Under the pieces are notes generated by a model, which did not search any database, was not told the origin of the DNA, and saw nothing but the letters and a program-made list of their open reading frames with translations. A DNA stretch of 64,000 nt from Novakomyces olei. Its lineage: Eukaryota. The stretch spans positions 992,001-1,056,000 of the forward strand of contig JADEYG010000002.1 of assembly GCA_016906335.1 (NCBI GenBank). Direction: 5' to 3'. This document shows, piece after piece, positions 1-12,300 of this stretch (position 1 is the first letter of the stretch; every line of letters starts with the position of its first letter). A program made the translations under genes and the position numbers.

Positions 1-1002
1 GATCTGCAAAGAGCAATTGAGGCCTCTGAGAATGGATACAATGACTTTGTGCAGGCCTTGCATGAAACGTTTTTCCAAAGACCATGTACAAGCAAAAGAA
101 AGAGCGAGCTTTCTATCCTTTTAGATGGACTAAATGAGCAAAGTATGTCTTTTCCGCAAAGGATTGCTCCCAAAATACTCGAGCATCTAACACGACCAAA
201 TCAATCCGCCAAGACGTATGAAGAAGGGTCTGGAGCACACGACCTGGAGCAATTTAGCTTGTCATTACAATGGCTGGATGCCCTTTTGTCTACCAATAAT
301 CAAGATTCATTTACGAGTGCCGTCAAGGGCTGGAAAACGACAGACATGCTGGAACGCTTGGACAAATTGATTAGTCAGACTGAGCAAACCGACGACCTTT
401 CTCCGTCCATTCACAGTCTTGTTGAAACTCTGTTTCGGCATAGGCCACAAGAAGGGAGCAATATTCCTTCTAATAAATCGCCAGACTCTGACTTGGAATC
501 CACTACTCGACTGGTTGGGGGCAACGATGTGGAAATGCCCGATATTGCTAATGGAGCGCTTCTTGAGCGGGTCATGCAGGAGGCGGATGTAATACTAGAC
601 CAGCTTCCATCACTGGACGAGCCTGTATCTAAAAGCATAAATATTGATCAGCATGCCATTAATGCTCTTGAAACGGATTTACTTGAGATGGAAAGGGCGG
701 CAGCAAAGGTACAGGCCACAGACAGAGACCAGTCGATTGAAGCGAGCCGGGCAGACAAAACCAGTGCCACGCAATTGACGCCTGTCACTAGTGGTCGGGA
801 AGAGAATGCATCTATAAACACGGGCCATCAAGAGGGATCTATTTTAAAAGCAGATCAGAGCCATTCTCCATCCAGCAGCGCAGCTGACAAAGCACCAAAA
901 GACTACATTTACCGTGCAGTGGCTGAGGCAATGCCTTGGCAAGTACTGAGTGGAAAAATGCTACAAAATATACCGATAGGCGCTTTTGTAACTAACGAAT
1001 AG
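1..1002 (+). CDS. 3' part of a protein-coding gene running in from the window edge; possibly Las1-like
   Basis: Frame is open from base 1 to TAG at 1000-1002. Helical region, then acidic/Ser-rich region, ending PWQVLSGKMLQNIPIG, which loosely resembles the Las1 C-terminal W..P(I/F)G tail. Identity weak. Confidence 0.55.
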   Translation, partial: DLQRAIEASENGYNDFVQALHETFFQRPCTSKRKSELSILLDGLNEQSMSFPQRIAPKILEHLTRPNQSAKTYEEGSGAHDLEQFSLSLQWLDALLSTNNQDSFTSAVKGWKTTDMLERLDKLISQTEQTDDLSPSIHSLVETLFRHRPQEGSNIPSNKSPDSDLESTTRLVGGNDVEMPDIANGALLERVMQEADVILDQLPSLDEPVSKSINIDQHAINALETDLLEMERAAAKVQATDRDQSIEASRADKTSATQLTPVTSGREENASINTGHQEGSILKADQSHSPSSSAADKAPKDYIYRAVAEAMPWQVLSGKMLQNIPIGAFVTNE

Positions 1003-1124
1003 GATATGTATGACTCTATATATATAGAATAAACACATACACAAAGACCGTGTAAACTAAATGTAGAGTGCGTATACAAAATGCTTTTATTACTAGGAAT
1101 TCAGACCGGGAACCATCCCGATAT

Positions 1125-1526
1125 TTACTCCTGGGTGCGGACCTTGGCCGCGGCATTAGTGACCTTGACGTTAAGCTTGCGTGCCTTTTCAAGAATGGCT
1201 ACGCGCTTCCGTGAGGAAACGTTGTGTGCAATCTCAGCAGCATAAATGTCGTTGTGCATGAGGAGCAGATCGATCTCGCCGACGTTGCGGATAAGAATCT
1301 TCTTGTACCCAGAAGGAAGCATGTGCCGGGTCTTCTTGTTCGAGCCGTAGCCGATGCTGGGCATAGGGATGTTTGACTTGAACCGTCGACGGACGCGGTT
1401 ATCGATACCCTTGGGCTTGCGCCATGACTCGCCAACGCGCTTAAAGCGATCCGATTGAAAGCGCTTGAAGGCCTTTGTGCGCTTTTTAATAATCGGCGGG
1501 TGCGACTTTGCAGTTACGGCCGCCAT
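1125..1526 (-). CDS. RPL32: 60S ribosomal protein eL32, intronless
   Basis: [52 protein letters not shown] is the eL32 signature. Confidence 0.98.
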   Translation of the reverse strand: MAAVTAKSHPPIIKKRTKAFKRFQSDRFKRVGESWRKPKGIDNRVRRRFKSNIPMPSIGYGSNKKTRHMLPSGYKKILIRNVGEIDLLLMHNDIYAAEIAHNVSSRKRVAILEKARKLNVKVTNAAAKVRTQE

Positions 1527-1611
1527 CTTGGATGAGACCGTGTTGATGAATATTGATTGGCAAAGGTGTTGTGTGCCAGTGTTGATACTTGCTAGTTAGT
1601 CTTAGTGTTGG

Positions 1612-1630
1612 CAGTCACGTACCCTACCCT
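1612..1630 (-). promoter_or_regulatory. Homol E + Homol D ribosomal-protein promoter elements
   Basis: CAGTCACG (1612-1619) next to ACCCTACCCT (1621-1630), i.e. AGGGTAGGGT-A-CGTGACTG on the RPL32 strand, about 86 nt upstream of the ATG. Matches the S. pombe Homol D (CAGTCACA/G) and Homol E consensus. Confidence 0.8.
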
Positions 1631-2084
1631 AATACAATAAATTATAATATATTTGTGTATCTGCGTGTAAGCATCAAACGACATACGTCTACTTGGCAGC
1701 GCTCCAAGGAATATTCTTCCCATTTATACTATTCGTCAAGTAACCAACTAAACATATCATACATAGTGGAACGGGGCCCGTGCCGATATTATCAACATTT
1801 ATCTCGAGCTGCATTACTGGCGCATTGTAGAAACTCTGTCGTTGCACGGCCCCTGCAAATCATAATTCAATATGAAATCAAGTCTATATTGACCCCACAA
1901 TTAAGGGTCTTTGCAGCGCGGCAATTACGAATATACATTGAAGAAAGACGCCTAATCCCCAAACCTACTAGATCTAATGCGAAAAAAGAAACTCTGATTA
2001 AATACCGTCAGTTGACGGTGTAAACATATAATAGACCTTGCAAAATTTTGGTGATTCAACCACTCCCTAGCCGAAAAGGTATTT

Positions 2085-3899
2085 TTATTTTCTGGTTACA
2101 CGAGTCCATCCATCATCCTCCACTGGCAGCTCTGCTGGCTTCTCCTTTCGCGAGGAATGTGCTCCCGTTTTTGCCGGCTTCCTTGTCTTATTCTCCTCAT
2201 TCTTGTCCGACGCCAAAGACAAGTCTGATGCCTTTGACTCTAGACCGGATGTACCATCATCCGACTTTTTCCGTGCGTCCTTTGATTCATCACGCGAACG
2301 ACGACGGCCAGAAAATTTACGATCACGGGTCTCTGAATGCCTTGGCTTTTCAGGCGCAGTTGAAGGAGCAGAAGGAGCAGGAGCAGAGCCAGCAGAGGGA
2401 GCAGACGTAGCATCTTGTTGCTTTTGCTCCTCCTTTTCCTTCCTTGCCGCTAGAGCACGCCGCTCTTCCACCTTCCGTATAGCAGCATCATTATCAATAG
2501 GCTTAGCATCGCCAAACGGATTAGGCTTTGGCCCTGTCGGCTTAGGGGAAGATTGTTTTGGTGACGTCACTCCCGAGTCTTGTCTATTACTCCTCCACTG
2601 TGACGGCCGTTTTGAGGATCCTAGAGTTGAATCAGCGGAAGCTGCCGCTTCGTCCTGACCAATAGGGGCCCGTTTTTCTCCCCAGTTTAAATTTAGCGCT
2701 TCTCTTCGTGAATTACGTGATTCACCACGTGAACCACCACGGGTTGATGGGTCGCGAGGCTCATTGAAGCGAGCAGTTACCGGCTGACGACGCGCAGTCC
2801 AGTCGAGATCAGCGGCAGCGTCAGCACGTCGAGGACGGGAAGGATCGAATTCTCGGTCCGATTCTCGCGGAGGACCTCTAAAACCGTTATTGCGAGATCG
2901 GTCATTGAAAGAGGAGTTCACAGGACCGGTACGTTTCCACTCCAATTGAGGTCCGGCATCAGCCCGAGGCGGGGCTACAGAGACTCGGACACCACGGCCA
3001 CCCATGCTCTTGCCATTAAGAGACAAGGCATTTTCAAGGCCAGACTTTTCCGCAAAATCAATGTATGAAACGCCACGTGGACGCTCGTCGCCGCGAGGCT
3101 TGACAATACGTACACTCAAGACTTGCTGCTCGGCACCACCGAAAAAATCTTCCAAATCTTCTTCCACTACGTCAAAGGGAAGATTGCCCACGTATGCCGT
3201 GAACGGCGGTTCGTCTGGTATCGGTAGTTCGGCCCGACGGTAACCCAAGCTTTCAGTGGGAGGAGCATCTACAGTTAGAGACCGACTGCTAACACTTGTA
3301 CACACAATCAAATCATAACCATAATCAGATTGCCAAATTCATGAATAACATTTGAGAAATAATAGGTAAAGTAGTTAAAACAATACATAAATCAAATTCA
3401 ATTCAATTAAAATCAAACTAAAAACAAAAAAAACAAAAACAAAAAAAAAACAAAAAAAAACAAACAAAAAAATAGCAGATATTCAAAAGACGAGACATGT
3501 CGATAAATAGAATAGCAGATCTAAAATTGACAACCGACAAATGGCAGACAAGAAAAGCATACCAAACCGATCCGCTTTATCATTGCGATAAGACGTATCT
3601 CGGCCCATGCTCCATGCCGCGCCCACGGCAGCGGCATTACGAGAGCTGGCAGCCGCTAGAGGGTTAGTATGACCAGTACCATTGTTAAATATCCACATAC
3701 ACGTAGTGGGAAGGTCATCGAGATCATCGGCCCACGAAGTACGGCTCGTACTGCTGCCCAAAAAATCGTCAAGAGACAGCTTAATTTGCTGTACGATTAT
3801 TAGTATCCATGGGAAGCCAAGAAATTGATTCAATCGCTCTCAAATACCTGCTTAGGAGCTGCCAGTGTTAGCCGAAGTTTTCATCAAATACGTACCCAT
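2085..3899 (-). CDS. TIF3: Translation initiation factor eIF4B (Tif3/Sce3-like), 5 exons
   Basis: Spliced N-terminus MAPKQQIKLSLDDFLG..SWADD, RRM (PPFTAYVGNLPF), DW-type repeats and KPNPFGDAKPID motif. Introns 3895-3859, 3847-3789, 3700-3656, 3562-3269. Confidence 0.9.
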
Positions 3900-4528
3900 T
3901 ATTGTTAGCGCTGTCTAGAGCGCACGCTATTGCAGTAAATGCCCCAATAGTCGGTCGGTCGAACAAATTCTATGCTCAAAAGTGCACGCGACACAAGGTA
4001 CGATGCTGCCTGGACGGACTATAAAAATCTTTATTTTTATTCTTTGCGTTGAATAATTATTTTATTATCGACAACTCTATATTAATTGTATGTATTTAAT
4101 GTGCAAACAAAATCTCATCTATTATCTTTAAATCTCACATTGGCGTTCTCGGTACGGCCACTTTTACTCGTTATTTGTTACATCACATACATTTGTGTAC
4201 ATTGGACCTATTTATTGGACTTCTATTATTATTCAATTAGTTTTATTTCGTCTTTATCTGTGCGCTTAAACGTGCCACTCGTACGTATAATTCGCTGTAT
4301 AATAAAATTTCCACAACGGCCAAGGCAATTAATTAATTTACTGGGACGCGTGCGGTCTTTTGGCTGCGGAGCAATTGCAAAACAAAACTGTCCATGAACG
4401 AAGCGCAGTGAATGGATCCTTTGAGCGCGGCAGGCGAGCCTCCTTATTCGTGTGCTTTTATCTAATTGTGCTTTTGTGTATCTAAACAAGGGCTGAGCCA
4501 TATTCTCTCCAAAAGGCTCTTGTCGCGT

Positions 4529-5257
4529 ATGAGCACAGACAACGCCAGCAGCCGCCCGCCAACTGGCAATAGTGAAGACGACCCCTTCTCACCGTCAAGG
4601 TTACCAGAATGGTGGCATTGTGTGAGTGAAGCGCGGGTGGGCGGCCTGTATTCGGGTGCCTATGGCTTATTATACGGACGTGTCTTGGGCCGGGCTATGG
4701 GCGTGGATATACGCCTGAAAAACATGATGACTTTTTCATGGGGCGCCAATTATGCGGCCATGGGCGTTTGCTATACAGGTATGGAATTTGAAGATTGTGA
4801 TCCAAGCTAATCATCAGGTCTTCGTAGCGCAATACTACATTACGGCTACGACGGACAGGCGACATTGGGAGAGAAAATGGCCGTATCAGGAACGTCGGGA
4901 TCTGTAGTAGGTGCTGTCTACGGGCTTGTAAAACCAAGAATTTGGTCAAAGGCTTTGCAAATGCCAGCTTCACAGAGGATCTTTGTTAATGGCCTTTTTT
5001 ACGGCACCTTGGCTCTTGTGGGACAGGGCGCTTACACCCAAGGACTACGCTTTCTTACCCAACGACTTGATCCGGATGCCAAGACGGCAGCCAGCGTTTC
5101 CGAGAAGGCTGCTAGATGGTCTTTTATACCGTCGTGGATTCCCATTTACCGTATTAGCGACATTGACTACCGGCAGCACCTGGTTTCGGAACTCGATCGT
5201 GTAAATGCGGAACTGGCTCATATTGAAAAGACAATTGACCGAATTCGTGGTCAATAA
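4529..5257 (+). CDS. Gly-rich multi-TM protein, Tim17/22/23-like fungal family, with C-terminal coiled coil
   Basis: Two ORFs joined by a 39-nt intron (4779-4817, GTATGG..GCTAAT..CAG). GxxxG-rich hydrophobic helices and a PIYRISDIDY..L..VNAEL tail. Confidence 0.65.
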
Positions 5258-6017
5258 GTCCTCTGTGGCCTCACACATAGTGTGATACTTGCATTGTGTC
5301 GCGCTGTCTTTTGATTGGATAAATTTAGCCAGCGCATATCGTTTTACGCTGCGCATATTACACGTAGTCGTCAGGCATACTGTGTCGTCTTTAATGTAGG
5401 TATAATATATATATGGCGAATGCGATCACTCTCGCCGCCCTTGGTCATAGCGTATTTATTCGGGCTCTGATCTAGTGGATTTGTATGCTGATCAATCTCT
5501 TGCAGCACCCATCAATTGCCGCGACAATAATCATATCTGCCTCTCCACTTCAATCCAGCTGTAGCATTACTTGCGTATAAAGTCGGCAGCCTGTCATACT
5601 ACCCAATTCGTAATGTGCCTTCTGCCATGACGTACTAACCCGAAAACGGTATGGTCGTGCGGGCACGATACGGATACGGATATCGTTCGGTATACGGAGC
5701 ACGTCCACTAAACTAGGAGAATAAACAATGTAGTACTTTATACTTCCGGTTTCAGACGCGATGCAGATTATGGGGATGTTTTACAAACATGGCACATTTT
5801 GCTTACGAGGGCCAACGTTGCACGAAATACACAAAGTACATTTTTTTTTGTACGACGCACAAGCGAGTCGGCACACCGACGGCACACCGATTCACGCACC
5901 CAATGTTCTAATCAGAATGTACTAAATCAGAATATAATTAATTGAGCCGAACTGAAGGCTAGAAACTTGCGTGCAGGTTAAAAGTGCACAGATTAACACC
6001 GAATTATATGAACGAGT

Positions 6018-6073
6018 ATATATATTTATATATTTATATATTTATATATTTATATATTTATATATTTATATAT
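6018..6073. repeat. (TATATATT)n AT microsatellite upstream of FMP27
   Basis: Direct tandem repeat followed by AT-rich sequence to about 6180. Confidence 0.9.
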
Positions 6074-6346
6074 CTTTATTTTTATATTTTTATATATTTT
6101 AATAGTTATATAGTTAAATAGTTGTGTAATTATATTCATATTCATATTCATATAATATAATTAATAAATTTAATATGAATTACTACAGATCAAATAGGGA
6201 TTATTGCAGATTTGCCAGTACAGATTCGCAGATGCTTATATAATCTGCGAATCAGACACGCGCAACAAACAGGCTCCGATCCGATACTCTCGCAATGAGT
6301 CAAAAGCACACAGAGCAAAAATAAAAAATTTCTGTCCTGCTCGGCA

Positions 6347-9300
6347 ATGACGTTGCAGCAGCAGCTACTGCCTCTGCCACTGTGGGCGCTTTCGCTGTAT
6401 ATCGCAGTGCCGGTAGTGACCGCGCTTTTGGCGCTCCATTTGCTGTTATGGGCCGTTTGCAAGTTATCGGGCTATCGCTTGCGCGTCTCTGCCGTCGGGT
6501 GGATGAGTATTCTCAATGTACATATCAGACTCGCTCCCGGTGTCGATCTGCACATCAGCCGAATCCGATTCGAGCTGCGGAGGCCGACGGTCGTCAACCG
6601 CCGTTGGATCGTTTTTTACATTCGTCGGCCGTCTATCACTCTCGACTATGCCGCCACTGAGCGCACAAGTAAGCCTGCGGGCGTACCGGATTTTGGTTTG
6701 GTCTTGGCAAAGGTACACAAACGGCTGCGGCCGCTTGCCGCGTGGGGACTGCTGTCCGTTTTGGAGGTAACTGCGTCTGACCTGTCTCTCGAGCTGCGAC
6801 ACTCGTGCGCTCTGCTCGTGAACCACGTCTACGTCTCTGCAGAGTCTTTTGCCGCTACGCAGCCACAGGGCAGACGCACATTGGGCGTAAATATCGGTGT
6901 TAAGAGCGTATGGCTCTGTGTGCTCGACGAGAAGCGCGATACGCCCGATATTGCTCACGGATTTGAGCTGCTTGATACAATCGGCGTCTCTGTCCGGACA
7001 GAGATGGCTGATACCTTGAAGCCTGCGGCAGTGGTGCAACAGCCTTTCTCAAAAACTCAGTTTATGCTTAAATGCGGCCGGCTGTCGCTTCATTTGAATA
7101 CTATGGAGAGTGTGCTGGACAACTGGCAAGCTGTGGTATGTTTTTTTTTTCTTTTTTTAATTAAATTAAATTAAATTAAATTAAATTAAATTAAATTAAA
7201 TTAAATTAAATTAAATTCAATTAAATCAAATGTTTTTCAATTCAATTTAATTTTATTAATTATATTAATTATTAAATTTATTATTTATTAAATTTATTAT
7301 TTATCAACTTTGAGTGGTTTGTCTAACTTTGGCAAAAAGTCAAACGGATCGAAAAGCAAGGCTGAGAGCAAAGCCGGGCCGGCAACATTTCTGAATCAGA
7401 GCAATATCGAGTGCCTGCACAAAGTGATGGACGAAGTTTCAGTTAGCTTTGCCACTATAAAAGTGAAGCTGTACAATGACGCCTTTGGGAACGCTGCAAC
7501 ACCCTCAATATTATCAGTTAAACTAAAGGATTGCGGATTTGAATTACGCAAATTTGATGCTATCTTTCCTCGGCGTACATCGAGCTCTACGCTCTCGATT
7601 CAATGTTTGGTCTCGATTCTCGATACTGTTTTGTATGTGAAAAGTGACGGAGTAAAACGGCAATTTGCCTCTTGCCCGCTTACAACCTTAACTCTGCGGT
7701 CAAATATTCTTGAATCAATGTGCCACGAGACGGCGATACTCGAGTGTTTTAGGAGCAGCAGCTCAAATGCAAACGTGATTGTCAGCACTCCAAGCGTTGA
7801 TGTTGACGTGAAGGATATTCCGTTGCTCATGCACGTGCTAAATTCAAGGCCGCGTACGTATAATCCTGCTCAGCACCACAAAAAGCCTCGGCAGGCTCAT
7901 GTACAGTCCTTGGATATTCGGCAGCTGATAAACTCTATGCCTTCGCTGGACATCAATATCTCCATACACGAGCCCTCTGTTTGTCTGGGACTGAGTGATA
8001 TGAATGTTGAAAATCAGAGCAGTGTTCAAGCAGTTTCACATTCTGCACTGTCGATGGCCTGTTCAAACGTACGTGCTGATGTAGTGCGCGATGTGCGAAA
8101 TACAGAGCATGATCAGCCTTTAGGCCTGAGCATGCAACTTGTTTCCTTCAAGGTTGATGTTTCCGGGGACTCTAGTGCTTCGCTAGTCTCCTTGGACTCT
8201 TTAACGGTAAAGGGGTCCTCGTCAGAGCAGGATTTAAGTGACGGTCTGGACTTTCAGGGGTTTCTTGAAGCATTGAACCTGGACTATCACAACGTGGAAG
8301 CCCAAAAAGCACTTTATCATTTAGTGCTGCTTATACACAACGCCGTCACGATACCAGATAAGTATGAATTTTCCCCGTCTCGGCCACATACGGGGTCCAA
8401 GGGGAAAGAGGGCAGGCTCATTGTACAAAAAGTCCCCGATATTATCCGCTCGATACGTTTGTCCGGCCAATACGTCCGTGTTGTTATTGGATCCGTGGAT
8501 GCAGACGTTTCGCCAGTCAGCCGTGGGTTCAAGTCGTCAATGCAAGACTGGAAGATAAACTATGACCGGCTCCAGCTTGAACATAGCGGCAATGAACGGC
8601 GGCTCGGCCCGCATGAAGATGGTGACGCTGCAGAGTCCACTCCTAAAAGTATCGACTATGAACGGTTACTACAGCTATCGTTTGAAAGCTTTGCTGTTTT
8701 GGATTTCATTAATGCAGGAATAGAACAAGTAGGACCGCCGACACTGAGTGTTTCAGGAGCGTCTGTCACGTTGAAAGCCACAGCGAAATCGTCTCATGTA
8801 ATTTGCCGGTCTGAGATTGTGAGCGGAAATTATTCTCTCTACAAGCACCATTCAGTGCTGCTCGCAATAAGCTCCGTATCCCATCTACGACGATTCCTAA
8901 AAGAAATGACATCGGAGTCTCGCCGGGGAGTGGATACGAGTACAATGGAGACGGCAAAGCAACGTCCTTCGAGTACCTATGTCGATGTAAAATTACGTAG
9001 AATCCAGATCAAGTTTGAACTACCAGAGGAACAAGAGCTCCTTCTTGCGGCGTCGTCAGTGGGCATAACAAAGACACATAGCTCTACGCCATCGGGGAAG
9101 GCAAAATCTTTCTCGTTGTTTGTGCGCAGCCCTTCAATAGCCGACTCTTGGGACAGTATTGTAAATTTGAGACATGGCTATTATCACAAGAGGCAGACAA
9201 AGCCGAAACCGACGCATTGCATCAATGTGGAGAATATTATTTTACGAATTCCTCACCGTTTTATACTGTTTAAATTGGTGGAGAGCATTTTGAATAACGT

Positions 9301-12300
9301 GAAGGCAGCCAAGGAGCTTCAGTATCGTCAGTTTGTCGGCCGGAATGATTACGTTATTACACAGCACCCGAAATCACCGGCGATTATGCCGAGGCTGAGG
9401 ATTAAATGCAAGTATTTCGAGTTTGCGTTGGACGATGATCCGTTCGAGTCGAGGCTGGCAATGATATTTACGATAGGTTTGCTGGAACAGCGTATGCGCT
9501 TATCTCGGGAAAATGCTTTTGACATTAAGCTGGAGCAGCTCCGGATAGCTAGACGCAAAAAGCTGGCCAAGCGGAAGGCTGGAGCGCATAAAAACGAGCC
9601 TAGCAGCCATGATGCGAATGGTGCTGCAAGGGTAATGGACGAGAATGGTGGCAATGCTGATGGCGATGGAGATGGCCGAGAAACTAATGAAAATGCCAAT
9701 AGCAACAGTGGTACATATAACAATAATGCAAACAAGAGACCCGACGATAAATCCGATGATGCAGACGACCAAATCGACAAAATCAAGCTCTCTCCGATTG
9801 ATGCGCTGTACGGTCTTCGCAAGCACGATGCTCAGTCGTGGATCGTTAAATTCAATGCGGGCAAAGCCTTCCGTGTCTCGCGAATACGGGCCTTGAGAGC
9901 AGCCAAAGGCTTGGACATTGAGTTTCCACCCACTGCGCTTGGGAGGGAGAACGGCCGGATCCTTCAATTGCCTCTCAGAGTGCCTCTTGGCTTTATGGCA
10001 TTTGAACAGCTGAAGCTTGTCTTTGATGAGCCATCGTTTCCGATGGCTCAACTGCCCAAGTTTTTGTACGATACAGGTCGTGGACAGCCACTGGACGCCA
10101 AGTACTCCATACTCGTCCCCATGAGCGTCCGCTGGATGATGAGGGAAGTAACTCTGCAGTGCCGTGACTACCCATTGCCCATCTTGCGTGTTCCTGCACC
10201 ACTCCCCACACAAACTGACGTGGAGTACTCGTGGAATCTCTCAGCCGACTTTGTCATTGCTGAGCAGCTGGCGGAGAGGGAAGCTATCCGCTTCGTCGAT
10301 GTGACAATAGTGCCCAAAAACGTGGGCGGAGTGGAGTGCCCAAAGTTTGAAATCGAGGTACCTCGAACCGTAAACCCCGTAAAGTCTTTTGGAGTTATTT
10401 CCGTGAATATAGACACTGCCGATTCGACGGCTATCGTATGGGGCTCATCGCTACAACCGGCAATTTCGGACGTTATGCGGGTCTTTGATACTTTTACAAA
10501 GCCACAGGCGGACGTTTCTGAGAAATTGGGGTTTTGGGATAAGCTGAAACTCATTTTGCATTGCAGTTTTGACTTTAAATTTCGCGGTAGCGGAGACTTG
10601 AATTTGACATTAAAGGGTATTGAAAGCGTGTACATGGTGGAGACTAACTCTTTTTTCTTGTAGGAACTCGCGACCCTTATAAAATCACGGGTTTTGGTGC
10701 CGGGTTTCAAAAGATATGGCGGGACAATGTCAATTTAGAATTGGCCTGCGATGATGATTCTAGGGAGCTGATCAATATTTCGAGCGATGAGTTCCTTTTA
10801 GCCGTACCAGACTTTTCTCGGCACTCGAGTCAGTGGAGCAAACCACTGTCCTCCTCCTCGTCGTTTTCATCCAGCTTTTCAAGGCACCACAGCCACCAGA
10901 ACGAGAGGCTGCAAAAGATTATAATGAAGGTTGTCGGAGGAGTCAAATGGACGGGCGGAGTCATGTTTGAGCGTGAATTGCCGGACGGAACGCGGTCTAC
11001 AGAATTCCGGCCACACCACGAAATAAAGCTGCGTATACCCAAATACTGTAGAAACAAAGACGGGACGGTAAGAGCGAGTATTTTTTTGTCTGCAAGTTAA
11101 ACTAATACATTAGCCTTACGATGCCTTTGAAGGGTTCAGGTCTAATTACTTGCATTGCTCGATTGCTGTAGTCTGCCCGAGAGATAAACTGGATCCGAGG
11201 ACGGGTAAGGATAAAAAATCGAACAATGTGGAGAATGCGTACAATACGATCCACCTGAGCCCCAAAGCTTTTACTCACTTTTTCGGTTGGTGGCACATGT
11301 TTTCCTCAGCAATGTCCATCCCTCTTCGTACAGGACCGCTTTTCCCCTCACAGGACTCGTCGTCAAACAAAAAATTTGGTAATTATCTTGCGACATGGAA
11401 GTACCGGCTGGAATTGGCGCCGTTGTTGTTGAGTCATGTGTACAAGTACAAGACGCCATTCGACTGGGACAATGGAACGCTTAGTTCGACAGGAATAAAA
11501 GCTCGGATAGACTACTTCTCCATCGACTTGCATCAGAGGAAAGAAGAAGCTATTTCGGTGATGAAGAAGCTGCACGTTGAGCGCAAGACGAGGCATATGC
11601 GCATTTACCGTGCCGAAGTCGACTTTAAGAGTGTGGATTTGCGAGCGCTTACTGCTGTCTTTGAAGAATCTTCACCGGAAGAGCTTCATCAAGTACAGAA
11701 AATGAACCTTGACGCCAACAAGGCAGTTCATGCGCTTTTAAAAGGCGAAGAATTTGACAGATCGTTAGAGGACGTCTTTGGCCTGGATGCTGAGGATGCT
11801 GAATGGCTTGACATTGATGACTTTGTCGAGTTGGATTGGACGCTACCTCAGAAGGCTCCTAAATGCGAAATCTTGCCTTTGGCCTGTTCGCCACGCTGTA
11901 TTTACCACAGGGAGACCTCGTACTCGCAGTACAATGCTCAGCGAGAGCACGAGGGCGAGGAGGGACACTTTGAATGCGTTTTTGGCAACGAAAACTCTCA
12001 TCGCTGTTTGATATCGCATCCAAAAGAGCCGCGAGCGATCCAGAAAGAGCTGTGGCAGAAACGGATTGAGGACATTAAAGTGGCGATTGAAAAGCTTGTT
12101 GCTAGGCGAGACGAGTTTCAGCATCAGAGCTATGTGCACAAGGCAGCGAGAATGACGAAGCTGATTGAGCAGCACAAGCTCAAGATAGAGGCACTGAACA
12201 GAATGGTAGGAGGCAGCGATGAAGCAGTGAGGGACCACTCAACGGCTGCGTCCGGGTTTGAGGAGAGCCATTTGACTGATTTTTCTGATCGGTTCAACAA

